NCBI RefSeq assembly: GCF_036321535.1
Contig: NC_087437.1
Span: forward strand, 93,622,001 to 93,686,000
DNA from: Camelus dromedarius
Taxonomy: Eukaryota
DNA length: 64,000 bases
Reading direction: 5' to 3'
Shown: piece after piece, positions 1-14,255 of the stretch
How positions within the stretch are numbered: the first letter of the stretch is position 1
How the letters are laid out: each line of letters opens with the position of its first letter
Notes under the pieces: generated by a model
Databases searched by the model: none
The model's input: only the letters and a program-made list of their open reading frames with translations
What the model was told of the DNA's origin: nothing
Program-made: the position numbers and the translations under genes

Positions 1-1005
1 TCCAAAGTGGAAAGGCAAACTTTAAGGGCAAAGACACAAAATCAGACTTACGATATTTAAGGTAGAGTTAAAAACATCACATTTGGTAATTCTTTGTACT
101 GCTTTAGTATAGCAAAAGCAGAAATGAGGTTTTTCTCCTCCTCTCCCTTAGATCTTTTAAGCTGAAGAATACAAAATACATTCAAATAGAAGAGCTAGGT
201 AGGGGACTGGTAATGTGTGAGCAACTGTCTTATTCATGGATTATTTGCATGGGCTAGTACTTCTCTAAAGCCTCAGTTGAATCTTCCATTTATGCTCCAC
301 AGTGTATGGGAAATATCCACTCCTATTTTTTTATAAAGTATTAAATTAATTGGTAAAATAATTTTTTTTAACCTTATAATGGGGTTATAATGATTCACTT
401 TTATTTCCAAATGGGACATTGAAAAATTTACCACATATTTGGGATTTATAATGCGAAATACACATTAAAATAAATTCCAGTAACAAAGTTTTTAGAATTC
501 CACAGCACACAAGCCTGTTTCCATAAGGGTATACAACATGTGGTACACATTGATGCTTCTTGAGATTTTCACGACCTAAAGTGTACCTTTTCGGATACTG
601 CAGTGTAATGTTGTTCCTGGTAGCATCTGAATTCTAATTTCTAGATGACTTGCAGAAGAAATGCAGTCTATTTATTTATCCTTTCAAACTTCAGAATAAG
701 AGCCTCATGCAAATAACCCCACAGCCAGTTCTTGGAGAATTCTAGTTCCAGTTGTGTTCTTTTATGTCCAGAAGCCTTGTATTTCAGCATTTTATAGAAC
801 AAAAGGTTAACCTGAATTCTAAAAGCAGTTCATTAAGAATGATACATTTTGAGTAAAATCCAAATCATACATATTTATGATAATCATAATTGACTTTAGG
901 AGTTCTCCTGTGAGTTTCATAACTCTTCAAGGAATACTGGTTTTTCTTTGCTTTTCAGAGACACAGGAGACATGGGCACAGAAATTCTCATGGTGCTATC
1001 AAATT

Positions 1006-1210
1006 GGGTGTTCAAGATTTGCAAATATTACCTACTGTATATAAAATAGATAAACAAGTTTCTTCTGTATAGCACAGGGAATTATATTCAATATCTCATA
1101 GTAATCAATAATGAAAAAGAATATGAAAATGAATATATATGTATGACTGAAACATTATGCTCTACACCAGAAATTGACAGTTGTAAACTGACTATAATTC
1201 AATAAAAAAA
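1006..1210 (+). mobile_element. L1 3' UTR fragment, 5'-truncated, artiodactyl/camelid type
   Basis: Typical 3' end text (tatagcacagggaattatattcaatatc...aaacattatgctctacaccagaaattgac) ending in AATAAA and an A-tail at 1201-1210. Confidence 0.85.
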
Positions 1211-2149
1211 TTTCCTGCCAGTGTTTTAGCTACTATGAAAGACTTGTAAGAATTTTGTCACATCAAAAAATATTTAATTCTATTCCCTAACAATTCCATT
1301 TTTGATAGACCATTATATAATATTAAATAATGACTCGATCTAATAAAAAATCAGGACGGCTTTTGAGGATGAGTTATATCAGAGAGGGGATCATTGCCCT
1401 CACAAGAACTGAGAAGCTACATACCACCCCCACCACCACACACAAACATTCTGAACTGTATGTTTTAGTGAGTGTATAAACTCAAAAAATATTTCACTCT
1501 CTGTGAATCCATTTTTTGTTTCCACATTTCAATTAAATTGTGAAAAGCAAGGCAGGATCAAAGGGAGAGCAATTTTACAGGTGAAATCTCTAAGAAGTTG
1601 AAGGAAGAACAAGTAAATGAACTGGTAATTCAGGCTGTGGAAGAAACACCGAGGTGATTTAATAGATCCCCCAGTACCCTGGCAGGCTGTATTTCACAAC
1701 TCACCAATTTTGCACTCTTCCATCAAGAGCTGCAATCGGTGTTTGTTCATGGGAGAAATTTGAGGAGAGGCTCAATTGTCTATTTAATACCAATCATTAA
1801 ATTTATAAAAATTATTGTTACAATCCAGAACACAATTATTTCCCATTGACAGATGTATTTAAAAATAAAGAAATAGCCTCATACTAAAGTGAGAAATATA
1901 GATTAAAATCATAGGGAACTGGGATCTCATAATGATTGCTTGAATAGATTGAAGCACACTGTGTTTTAAAATAATGGGAGAGTGTGGATAGATATGAAAA
2001 TTAACCCAGGTCAAGTTTTTTTCTCCAAGTTAGAAAAAAATAGCCTAAGGGAAAAAAATATGTTGACAGTTACATTAGTAATTAGTTTTATGGAATAATG
2101 AATGTATAATTGCTTACATTAAAATACAAATAAACTAGGTAGAGTGAAA

Positions 2150-2325
2150 CAGTTCTGGTTCTTGAAGCGTGTTCATGAGACCAGCCACACCAGCGTCACC
2201 AAGGAATTTATTAGAAATGTTAATCCTCAAACCCCATCTCATATTTACTGAATCTGAAACTCTGGGTGTGATGTCAACAATTTAACCAGATGATTCTGAT
2301 GTATCTAAAGTTAAAAAAGCCCTGG
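2150..2325. mobile_element. MER5A-like hAT-Charlie non-autonomous DNA transposon
   Basis: cagcgtcaccaaggaatttattagaaatg...tactgaatctgaaactctgggtgtg...gatgattctgatg matches the recalled MER5A core. Confidence 0.75.
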
Positions 2326-2844
2326 AGTGGAAGAAAGTAATGGGATTTTAACAAATGCAGTAGTCTTGTAGTTCATCTGATTTCCTAGGAGAATAAGAAA
2401 AACAAGATGGTATTTTGATGAATTTATCTCCATTTACTTATTCAAGGAATGTCTATGTGTTTGCATCCTGTTTAAAAGATATTCTTTGGTCCCTGATATT
2501 TCGGACAGGTGAACTGAAAAATGTAAAAATTATTTCACTAACTGAAAGATTTAAACTTTTCCCATTTTATTATAAAGAACTTACAGGCATATCTGAACTG
2601 CCATATATATTCTAAATATCAAGTATAAATTATATAACCCAACTTATCTATGAATTAAATATTAATTCATATCCCACCATGAATTATAACATTGATGTTT
2701 ATTTTTATACAGTTAGTAGCTTGAGATAAAAATCACTGATATCAACTTTAGATTATCTCAAGTAAATATGTTTTAAAGGGTTTAGCAACCTGTAAAAAAA
2801 GCATACTTCAGATACTACGTCTTTAAAAAATGAGACATGACAAA

Positions 2845-2990
2845 GGAGAAAAGTGCATTAGACTAGAAATTTGAAGCCTTGAGATAAGGTTTGAACCTTG
2901 AATTAATTATTAATGATCTTAGGAAATTCACCTGACCTCCTAAGTTGTTCTTAGTTCATTTGTAAAATGAAGATGAACTCCTAGATCCTG
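2845..2990 (+). mobile_element. MIR SINE, degenerate
   Basis: tgatcttaggaaattcacctgacctcc...ttcatttgtaaaatga resembles the MIR core. Confidence 0.55.
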
Positions 2991-3911
2991 TCTATGATTC
3001 AGATTTTAGGGGATTGGAATACCTCTATTAATAAAGTTCATTATAGCATTGCCTGGAGATTGTAGCATTTCTGTGCTCTTCTGTACTTGATTCTGTTACA
3101 CTGTCATTTTATGTTGCCAGAACCCCATGTTCCTTACCAGGCAGCCCAAATGGCTGTTGCCTGTCTTCTGATTTAATACAGCTCTTGTAATTAATGTTTC
3201 TTAGGCTTCATGAAAACTTTGTTCAAAGTGTCAATCAGAAGAAAATAAATCAAACATGTCCATTTAATATCACTTGGAAAATAAATTCTAAGATTCCTCT
3301 GAGGGATTATCAGATGTTACTTTCTACTCGGAGATTAAAATTACAAGCAACTTTTATTGCTTACAAAACCTTCATTTACTTCATACAGCTATATCCAGTT
3401 TCTGAATTAATTCTAGGGATGGTATTAAATTTGAAACCCACTACATTTTTTATATGTAAATCACAATTCTGAGCCTTATTTGGGCATCTTTTTATTTTTA
3501 ACCACCCCTTCATATGTGAACAAGAATTTGAAATGCTTTAAATACTTTTGCTTAGAATGTCAGTAATAACTGAGTTATTCTTAGCAGCTCCATTTTCCTT
3601 CCAATATAACTACTGTCAATCTTCTCTTTGGGCTGAGATTCTTTTCCAAGAAAGAATCTTTTTATCTAGTTTTATTATGACAATCTTTGGGTGTACTAAG
3701 TTATCGAGATACATATGAGAGAATTTTTTAATTCCTATATTTTTGACAGCAATAACTTTTAATACTCACATATTTAAAATAATTAACATGGAAAGGTTTC
3801 TCATACTGAAGAAATAAAACCAAACTGCCATTTTTTTCATATAGTAAAGGTAAACTCATATTGGAATATACAATTCGCTGAATTATTGAATTATGAACTT
3901 CACAATCATTA

Positions 3912-6087
3912 ATATATACCATGTATTCTCTATTCATCTGTTGATGGACACTTAGTTTGCTCACTTTTCTTGCCTGTTGTAAATAATGCTAAGAACATTG
4001 TGGTGCATGTATCTTTTTGAATTACTGCCTTTGTTTTCTTCCAGTATATACCAACTAGTGGAAAAGCAGGATCATTTGGTAGTTGTATTTTTTGTTTTCT
4101 GAGGTACCTGCATACTGTTTTCCATAGTGGCTGCACCAATTTACATTCCTACCAACAGTGTAGGAGGGTTTCCTTTTCTCCATACCCCCTCCAGCATTGA
4201 TTATTTATAGACTTTTTAACGATGGCTATTCTGACTGGTGTGAGGTGATACCTCATTGTAGTTTTGATTTGCATTTCTCTAATTAGTGATTTTGATTATC
4301 TTTTCAGGTGCCTCTTGGCCATCTGCATATCTTCTTTGGAAAAATGTCTATTCAGGTCTTCTCATTTTGTATTTGGGTTGTTTGTTTTTTTCATATTTAG
4401 TTGTATGAACTGTTTATATATTTTGGATATTGACCATTTATTGGTAATATATTTTGCAAATATTTTTCCACTCACAGTAGGTTGTCTTTTTGCTTTGTCA
4501 GTAGTTTGCTTTGCTGTGGAAAAACTTTTAAATTTAATTATGTCCTACTTGTTTGTTTCCTTTGCCTTAGGAGACAGATAACAAAAAATATTGCTGTTGT
4601 TTATGTCAAAGAATGGTCTACCTATGTATTCTAGGAGTTTTATAGTTTCTAGTCTTACATTTAGGAGTTTAATCCATTTTAAGTTTATTTTTCTATATGG
4701 TGTGATAAAATATTTTTTTTCTTCCTTTTACATGTAGCTGTCCAGTTTTCCCAGCACCACTTATTGAAGAGATTGTCTTGCCTCTATTGCATATTTTTGC
4801 CTCCTTTATTTTAGGTTGGTTGATCATAGGTGCATTGGTTTATTTCTGTGTTCTCTATTCTAATCTATTGATCTGTGTCTGTTTTTTGTGCCAGTACCAT
4901 ACTGTCTTGATTATTATAGCTTTGTAATATATTGTGAGGTCAGGGAGTATGATACTGCCAGCTTTGTTCTTTTTTTCCTCAAGATTTATTTGACTATTCA
5001 GTGTCTTTTGTAATTCCATATAAGTTTTAGAATTATTTGTCCTAGTTCTATAAAAAATGTCACAGATATTTTGATAGGGATTACATTCAATTAGTACATT
5101 GCTACAGGTAGTTTGGAGATTTTAACAATATTAATTCTTCAGATACATAAACATGGACTATCTTTCCATTTCTTTGTATCACCTTCAATTTCCTTTATCA
5201 ATGTTTTATAGTTTTCAGAGTATAGGTCTTTCACCTCCTTGGTTAAGTCTATTTCTAGATATTTTATCCTTTTTGATATAATTTTAAATGAGATTGTCTT
5301 CTTGTTTTCTCTTTCTAATAGTATACTACCCATGTGTATAAAGGCAACAGTTTTCTCTATATTAATTTTTTATCCTGCGACTTTACTGAATTCATTTATT
5401 AGTTCTCATTGTTTTTTGGTGGAGAATTTAGGGTTTTCTATATCATGCCATCTGCAAATAGTGACAGTTTTACTTCTTCCCTTCCAATCTGGATGCCTTT
5501 TATTTACTTTTTTCTTGTCTGACTGCTGTGGCTAGGATTTCCAATACTATGATAAATAGAAGTGGCAAGAACAGGCATTCTTGTCTTGTTTCTGATTTTA
5601 GAGAAAAAAAATTTAGTTTTTTACCATTGAGTATAATGTTAGCTGTGGGTTTATCATAAATTTCCTTTATTATTTGAGATATGGAATCTCACCTGATCAT
5701 GGTGTATGATCCTTTGTATAGATTATTGAATTTTATTTACTAATGTTTTGTTGAGGATATTTGCATCTATAATCAACAGAGATATTGGCCTGTCATTTTT
5801 TTTTTTTTTTTTGTAGTGTCTTTGGTTTCGGTGTCAAGGTAACAGTGGCTGCATAAAATGAATTTGGACATGTTCCTTCCTCCTCAGATTTTTGGAATAG
5901 TTTGAGAAGGAGAGGTGTTAGCTCTTCTTTATGAGTTTTGTAGAGTTCCCCTCTGAAGCCATCCGGACTTTTATTTGTTGGGAAGTTATTTCTTTTTAAA
6001 CAAAAATTCAATTTCACTATTAGTGATCTATCCAGATTATTTATTTCTCCCTGAATCAGTCTTGGAGGATTGTTTGTTTCTAGAAAT
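3912..6087 (-). mobile_element. L1 ORF2 fragment (~2.2 kb), frameshifted, with an internal deletion near 5685
   Basis: Minus-strand ORFs VQPLWKTV...[35 protein letters not shown] and ELTPLLLKLFQK...PNSFY are canonical L1 ORF2p segments. Confidence 0.95.
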
Positions 6088-7798
6088 TATTACACAGTAC
6101 TTTTTTGTCCTTGATTTAGAAAGCACATCTGGAATAAAGACCCAACTTTTAATAAAGAGTTTGAAACATGAATAAACATATATCAATGTTTATTTTGTGT
6201 ACTGAATTTGCTTAAATAAAACTGACTTGTAATTTGTGAGGAAACTCTCTTTTCTGGACCTATTAAGAAGGACAAATGGTCACTGGCCTAAGGAGGAAAC
6301 ATTAGAATTTATAAGTTAATAAAGGATAGCTTCAGAATACCTTCAACACAAATAATTAGGAGTAAAGATTTCTTTTTTCTGTTTATTAATTGATGGTTTG
6401 AGATTTTTAAATAATATCATTAATATTACAAGCAATGTATGTTTTCTTTTGTAAAATACTTTTTAACTTTGTTGATTAACCAATGGAAAGGAACATATGT
6501 GGAAATGATGCAAAAAAAATCCAGTTTCTAAAGTATTTTTTATTGAATATTTTGTTGGTTTCATGCCTAAATAATCAGTTCTTCCAAGTTATCTCAGCTA
6601 AGCACATCTAAAGCTATGATTCACTTTAATAAAGCAACAAATTTTTCATAAGTATATGAATATTAATTTAACAGAACATTTATTTCCCTTCAACTGCTAA
6701 AACAATTTATTTATTTTAACTCTCAGCAAATGTGTCAAAAAGTAACTCTTAGATTCTTTGGTTAAGCACTGTTTTTATAATTTTCTACACTTTAATATTT
6801 TAAGAGGATATTTTCATTAATTTTATAAGTATATTCTACATTTGACTAAAATCAGTATAATAAAAATACTAGAGCTTAGTGTGTGCAGCTGAAAATGGGA
6901 GTGTTAAAATGAGTAACATGGAAGTTGAATCTATATTTTCAGGTTTGAGGATAAAATTTTTCTCAGATTGAGTCTAGCATAGAGGTTTAACAAATTAATC
7001 TTTAAAATGTTGATATTGTTACATATGATTTTTTATAATCAGCTTTTTCATAATTAGCTATTTTATGTAACTAATTTCTGAACTAAATTTGAATTCTGTT
7101 ATAACAGTAAGTTCTAATAACTTAGTAAGTATGTTATTATCTTTGATTGATTTTTTAACTAATGTTTAAGTTGGGTCTTCTAAGACTACAAAATTTTGTT
7201 ATTGCCTATTTTCAGCCTCATCAAATCTATTACAAATATAAGTTTTTGAGATTATATAGCCTGATAAATATTGTAACACACTCACTCATTGAATATAAAA
7301 GACATCAGTACATTTGAATTGGTTTCCTATTTCAGCATGAATGAAGAATGCGCATGGAGCAATGTGATTTTCTGAGGTAAAAATTAGGCCATATAGTCCA
7401 GTTCATTGTCTCAGAAAAAGTCAGAGTATTATAAGTAGCTCTCTAATGGAAAATCTGACACATGTGCTTGCCCTGTGTGTATATACAATTCTCCAAAAAC
7501 TACTTTTTGAGCATTTTTCTCGAGTTGTTTTCTTGTATTTACTGTGTCATTTTCGTCCCATGAAATTGCAGTGAATTTTACGAAACTCAGTGTATTCCTA
7601 GAAATAAAAAAAGACAAAGAATCTAAATTTAAAAATCAATAACTTTAGTGCTTCCAAGTTATAACCATGCAGAACTTGTCCTGTTTGACAAGTGTTTGAA
7701 TTTCAAACTGATGAATTGAGTTTCAAGAACATGGGCTCACAAAAATCATCCTTTTTCTGCTCCCATCTCGGACTACCATATAATCAACATTTCATCTT

Positions 7799-7802
<4 letters not shown>

Positions 7803-7846
<44 letters not shown>
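7803..7846. repeat. (TC)n microsatellite
   Basis: Pure TC run seen directly. Confidence 0.98.
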
Positions 7847-7850
<4 letters not shown>

Positions 7851-9099
7851 ATTTCAGGACTTTAGAGAAAAGAAGCAAAAGTGTTTGTGTTATTTTTTTT
7901 TCCCACCATTTCAGCAAAGAATATCAGGACATGACTCCTAGAGCCAACAGCTCTGGAAAAAAAGAGAGACTGGCACAAATAGAAATTACATTTTTTTTTT
8001 TTTTTTAGAAATATTGTAGTGAACAACACAGGGAGCAGTTTAGGACACAGTTATTTTCCCAGTGTCATTGGTTGTTATCTCTCTGCTGCCATTGTCCTGC
8101 CCTGAAGCCCCCTGCCCAGGATTACTGTTATCTGAATTCTGTTGATGGTTTCTCTCTGCTGCACACACTGGGTTCTTATTACCGCCAATATTTCTGATGT
8201 TTCAAACACTAAGTGACTTCTCTTCAAGCTGCTAGGGGACAGAGTTCCTACAGCCCTTGGCTGCTCACAACTTCAGATTTCTCATTTCCCTCCTACTATG
8301 TCTCAATAGTTAGAGACTATTCCTTCTTCCAGGAGTTTTTGAAGTGGCTGAGAATGAAGAAAATGGCCTCAAAGCTTCTATGAGAGGTATATTGAGTGCC
8401 ACATGGTTGGAAGTTTGCTAAATTTTGAGACTGTGGTAAATTAGAGGATTTTAGAGTTGCCCTTGGGGGAAAAACAGGACCACATGAGGCAGTAACACAT
8501 GACAAGCTTTACTGAATGGTGCTTGGACAGGAGTATATGAAAGAGGAAGTGCCTTCTAACAAGAGACAGCATCTAGAAGCTACCACTCAAAAGGACATTA
8601 GCGTCAGGAACCTCCAGGGGAAGAAAAGGAAGTTGCAGAGGAGTTTGACTTGTCTGGGGGGTGTAGGTCAGCAGTAAGGTGGCAAATCCCTGGGTCATAA
8701 GAGATCCAGAGAGCAGAAGCAGTTTGGGGTCTTTTGTAGCTGCAGTTTTGGAGGGTAGAGTACATATGTAGGTTCTAAATGACCAAAAAAAAAAAAAAAA
8801 AGTTTAGTTGGACTATATTTAAACATTTGAATTATAAGAATTTGCATTTGGCACTGGCAGGCTCTGGGTTAACAGTGTATCCTGCTGTAAAAGAAGTAAA
8901 CAGCATGGGGGCCATTTTCGATCAATACACAGGGGCAGACTCTGGCCCATTTATATAACAGAGTGTTCTGTCAAAATAAAAGGTTCACACAGAAACAAAA
9001 TAAAATGTTCACCACAGTTTTTAGGGCTAGAAGGTAAAGAACGTGTATCATATATTTACTGATGCAATGGGCAAAAAAGAAGATAAATAATGAAAATGG

Positions 9100-11850
9100 A
9101 TTCTAGGTGCTGTGAGATTTGGGTAAATTTCATTTTAGGTTGAGTGGACTATAAAAGATAAGATAATTATAATGGAAATGAAGAGATAAAATGAAGATTA
9201 GTACCTAACCCAGGTTCTAAACTGAGATGCTCATATTCTATATCCCTATAAAAATATCTAGAATGAGGCATTAATTAGCATAAGTATTATCTCACCTACA
9301 TACTCAGTTCTGAAGTCCATGTGATATGTTGTTTTATATCTTTATCCTGGGGATCCTGGAATGTATACTGATCATCTATGATTACAACATTATGAAATTA
9401 ATGTCAATTTTAGCAAAAATACAGCTAAAGAACACTATTCAAACACATGAGTTGCGACTGGGCTTGAAGGAGATTGTTGTTGTTATTTACCACCAAAGAA
9501 TGGATCATGGGAGGAACATGGAAAGGTATTGAGGGAGAAGGGCCACTATTATAAGTTACTTGTGCAGTTCTGATACAGTGCACTTCCTCATAATTTCTGT
9601 TACGAACAAGGTTGCTGTGCAACTAAGGAACTTTATGTACAGTGGAGGAAAAGCTGGAAATATATATATATAATGGCAAGAGATACAAAACATGACAATA
9701 TAAGGATGGCATGAAAGAAAAATCTCCTTCAATTATTTTGAATAAGTTTTCGTTAACATGGTCCCAAGTATATAGGCTTTTAAGGAATATTTTTTCCATA
9801 TATGAGTAGTTTATTGTGCTCTATGGCTCATGTTTAAAACCCCATAGAAGAATTACAATGAGGCAATTCAAGTTATGAAATAAAGTTATGCCTTCTTCTT
9901 TCTAATTTTTAAATGTATAATTTGCATATAACATTATATTAGTTTCAAGTGCACAGCATAATTATTTGATATTTGTGTATATTGAGAAATGATCACCACA
10001 GGAAGTCAGGGTAATATTCGTCACCATACATAGCTACAAACTTTTATTTCCTTGTGATGAGAACTTTTAAAATTTACTCTCTTAGCAACTTTCAAATATG
10101 CAATAGAGTATTGTTAACTATAGTTACCATGCTGTATATTACATCCCGTGACTTATTTCTTTTATAACCAGATTATGCCTTCTTTAGCAAATGATTATTC
10201 GTCTTCTGAGATGGAGATCAAGGTTTGGTATTGGGTCCTGATGGAGACATGTTTAAACATGCACCATGTAATTTGAGCTGCTCTTCTTGAAGTGGGTGTG
10301 TTCTTACTTAACTAAACCATAAAGCAGGCATGACCAGCAGTATATATATTCTGGCTCAAGCAGGTTGAAAAATCATAGTTAAATTGTATTAATAGGTGGA
10401 TTCTTCATGTGAATATTCTTGCTGCACTGGCAGCTGAAACCTCATCATGGCAGTTATTTATGCACAGTGGATGAATAAGGAAAACAATTCAAGACTGGTA
10501 TACAGATTTTTAAAACTAATATGCTAATATGAGCTGAAGGAGTACTGTTTTATGACAGCCCTGATGGACAGTGAGTAAGTAAAACTCTTCTCTGAATAGA
10601 ACTGGAACTTGTACATAGAATCTATATTTACTGTATAGGAGACACAGGGGAGAATTACAATTGACATTGACATTAGAATTGACATTAAACAGTGGTTAAA
10701 AGTTTTGCTACGTTAATAGGTAACTGAAAGAAGATAGGAAGATCAGTGACATGTATTAAGAAATATGTGAATGGACCTCTCATAATGGGCCCGGACTTTG
10801 AAAATATTTGTGTGACTGTAGAATGCTCTCTCCACATTGCATTTGAGTCAGTAGACAAGATGAGCTGCCTCTTCGCCAGATACCCCAGTGTTTGTTCAGT
10901 GAGCTCATGAACATGTAGGCATGGGGCCAGGCATATTGGTCCTAGAAGTGTTCAACAGTATATATGTCCCCTGATTAAAGCTCATGCAGCTGTTGCCCCC
11001 ACTGAAAGCCAATGATGCAGCATCAGAGATCTATGTCAGGTTATCAATGTGGCAAAATCCCTGTGGTGTATCAGAGTCATCTGGTAGTGAGTTGGTTCCA
11101 GCAGGCTTTCATTATCAACAAGACCGCCATGCTTCAGATAGCAACACCACCTGTGGATTGCTCAGTGCTACAATCATCAGCTTTGTATCCAACTTAACAT
11201 TGGCTGTGATAAAAGAATTTATTGTACAGCCAACATAAGTAAAGCAATGGGCTGACATTTCTGTGTTCCATCATGATTGCATGGGCCACATTATCAGAAG
11301 CAGCTGATCTTGCTTGGTGCTGGAATGGCCTATTGAAACTGCAGTTATGGCACCATCTGTAGAGTCATGCCCTGCAAGGTTGTGAAGCCCACCTACAGGA
11401 TGCAGAACATGCTTTGAATCAGTGACCAATACACAGCGCTCTTTCTCCCGCTGACAGAGCACATAGTCTAGGAGCTACTTCACTTGATGAGTGACTGGCA
11501 AAATGTTTTCCTTCATCCCAGAACTACTAGATCTGATGATTTAAGGTCTCAGAAACAAAACGAGCCGTCTTTCTACCAAGAAGCACAGCAATGGTTTTAT
11601 TGTACTGGAACCTAGTTTACCATATGGCTTTTTGGACTCCTTACATCACTGTTATCAGTATAAAAGAGAATAATTTTTATTTTTATTTGGATAAGATGAC
11701 TGAGTTTAGTTCCAAAGGAAGATAAGAATGATGCCACAAAGTAGGTGAAAGGAAAAATATATCCTGAACCCTCAATCCTTTGTGTCATCTCCTAGTACTG
11801 CCAAGTCCAGTGGTAAAAATTAATGGAAGACAACACTGTAATATTGCTAC
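9100..11850 (+). mobile_element. ERV-L internal pol fossil (RT, RNase H, integrase, dUTPase region), heavily degraded
   Basis: Translations EAADLAWCWNGLLKLQLWHHL...LQDAEHALNQ, HASDSNTTCGL, QRSMSGYQCGKIP and PSPVVKINGRQ align with ERV-L Pol (EAAGLIERWNGLLKTQL, NASAKTTIRGL, PCPVIKVNGK). The 5' boundary is uncertain. Confidence 0.85.
9898..10172 (-). mobile_element. L1 3' end (L1MA9-like) inserted into the ERV-L pol
   Basis: tgatgagaacttttaaaatttactctcttagcaactttcaaatatgcaat is a typical L1 3' UTR. It is flanked by the 12-bp TSD ttatgccttctt (9886-9897 and 10173-10184). Confidence 0.9.
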
Positions 11851-11859
11851 AGGCAAGAC

Positions 11860-12020
11860 CTACTGATGGGCACCAAAAATCAGTGAGTAAAAATATAATA
11901 AGAAACAGGATATTTATGTATTTTTTAAAAAATACCTCCCCCAAAACACTATTAATTACAAAGAGAAAATTACTTCACAGTGGAGAAACCTGGCAGACGG
12001 CACCCCAACCGCATGATTAG
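11860..12020 (+). mobile_element. L1MC4-like 3' region fragment
   Basis: attaattacaaagagaaaattacttcacagtggagaaacctggcagac resembles the old L1MC 3' UTR. Confidence 0.6.
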
Positions 12021-12054
12021 ATTCTTGTGCACAAGATTCGATGTTGCAGTATTA

Positions 12055-12285
12055 AGCTCAAATTCCTTCCTCCTAAGGAAAAGCTCAGTCTTTATTCTTA
12101 AGACCTTTAACTGATTGGATGAGGCCCACTCACATTATAGAGGATAATCTATTTTACTCAATGTCTATCGATTTACATGTTAATCACATAGAAAAAAAAT
12201 ACCTTCACAAGAACATCCAGACTGTTGACCAAACAACTGAGCACCATGACCTAAGCCAAGGTAACACATAAAACTAAGCATCACT
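12055..12285 (-). mobile_element. MLT2 (ERV-L) LTR, 5' part
   Basis: aactgattggatgaggcccactcacattat...aataccttcacaagaacatccagact...gacctaagccaaggtaacacataaaactaagcatcac is the reverse complement of the MLT2 start. Confidence 0.85.
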
Positions 12286-13810
12286 CCAGCCCACTAGGTA
12301 CCTAGTACACAATACTGGGTACACTATTTTATACTAAATTATATTGTGATTCTGACTCAGTACATTCTACCTCATAAGCTAAAATCATTTACAGACTAAC
12401 TTGAAGATACCTTCTGCCTCCAACTGGAGTCAGATCTGTATATTACACCCATTCTAGGTAGAATAGAACTTCTTAGATTCTTGTGTATTGTCCAACAATG
12501 AAGATCACATAAAAGACTATTGGAATACGAAATGCCAATGATAGTACTTAAAACTTCTCAAAGTAAAGAATCAAAATGAACATTTTCCTATCAACTTTAT
12601 GTTCTGATGGTCTTAGATTATTGTTTACTGGCAGAAAGTCATTTCTATACTGAAATTATCTGGGAATTCTATATACTCTTTATTTGACACTCTAGTTTTC
12701 TCCCAAAAGACCAAGCTTCTCCATTCTGGTAAATATGAGTAGAAACTGACCATTAATACCTGAGTAAATTTATTATAGAACTGACAATATTAGAATAGAG
12801 AAAAGTTTAATTCTTTATTGTATGTAATATATAAATATGTGGGTTTATCTGTGTTTCTTAAGGACTCAAGTAATAACTATTCCGAATTTAAGAAAGTATT
12901 GTAGACTCTGAAGACATTGACAAATCTCTAGGGCCTTTCAATTTGACCTGAAAAATGGTGAGCTAAGCTATAACCCTCCAAAGTAGAAAACGGTTTTTAA
13001 GTCTAGGAATGAAATATTTAAATAAGTCAATTTGTTATTGGTCACTGTGTTGAAATTTGCATACAAATACATGTATGGCTCTACTTATCTAAAAACATGT
13101 AAACAACTAGTAAAATCCATTTATATTAATAAACTTTGACCTTATAAAATTAAGCTAGAGCAGGGTAATCCTGTCTTTCTGATTTAGCTGACTTCCTGTA
13201 TTATTGTGTGTTTGAAAAATAGAAGAGCTCTTAAAATATGATTGAGCTAATTAAAATATAGAGAATTCCAAACATACCTTAATGTTTCTAGCATCTTTCC
13301 TTTTGTAAGGTAAAGGAGTGAAGCTTTGGTATTGCCTAGCATCTGTCTGGGAAGTGATAAAGATGATTTTCATGTAAAAGACACATTGGTAGTTTTATTA
13401 TTCTTAACTTAAGGACTTGTGCAAGAGGCCATGAAAAGGAATGCTAGAAGAAATTCGTTAACAGATTAAAATTTAAGTATAGGTGCATAAAAACAAGAGA
13501 TGGTCATACCCTCCATCCTCTTGTTTCTCAGAGTGACATCATACTATTTTAAAATAAATATTGCAGAAGGTAATTTAACAATCATTAACAATTTGGGGTC
13601 TATTTTAGGTGAGGGATCATTAGTTGATTTAAACAAAACAAGCAAAACAAAAAAAGCACAAATGTTAACTCATTCATGTGAATTTATAAGATATATAATA
13701 GCAAATGAGTTAAATGAAGAAAAGAGAGAAAAAAAAAGAATGGTTCCTCAGTACCTAATATAGGAGAGTAGGTTGTATACTTCATTATCATACTTCTTTT
13801 CAGCTGCGAA

Positions 13811-14255
13811 CGTATTGGTTAACTATTCCCACACAAAGCTGGCTAACAAATAACCACAGAATCCAGGAAGAGCACGTGCAGCCCTTATCTCAGCTGGAGC
13901 CCACCTGACGGAGGTTGATCCTGGCGGGGCGATTTTGCGTCGAAAGCAGGTCTGACTGGTATTGGCTCCTCGCGGCTACCGTAGGCTGGGCTCCCGTCCG
14001 CTTCAAGTGTGTTCAATTGGGGAATTAAGGATAAAGGAGAGGCAGCTCCTGTGAGAAGGCTTTTTTGTGGCAGTGGGAGAAGCACAAGAGAGAAGACCCA
14101 GCTCCAAGCTTGCGTCCTGTCTGGCAAGGTAAATCCCATGCGCAAACCCGCAGTTGAGCGGTGACTGGGGTGGGGCTGCGGGAGCGCATTTTGCCGCCAG
14201 GAGGTCTGAAGGGGAAGGGAGTGAATTTTCGTCACAGTGATCTCATCTGCTTTAT
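13811..14255 (-). mobile_element. Old MaLR LTR (MLT1H/I-like), CpG-rich copy
   Basis: gtattggttaactattcccacacaaagctggctaacaaataaccacagaatc and ggcagtgggagaagcacaagagagaagaccc...gcttgcgtc...gggagtgaatttt follow the recalled reversed MLT1H/I consensus. Confidence 0.65.

Noticed and set aside
8010..8750. GC-richer stretch upstream of the ERV-L pol, possibly LTR/gag
   Set aside because: I could not match it confidently to any consensus; left unannotated.
12055..12285. MLT2 piece as the 3' LTR of the 9.1-11.85 kb ERV-L, or as partner of the MLT2 piece at 62 kb
   Set aside because: It is in the opposite orientation to that pol and separated from it by L1 sequence. It lies 50 kb from the other piece and appears to be a different subtype.
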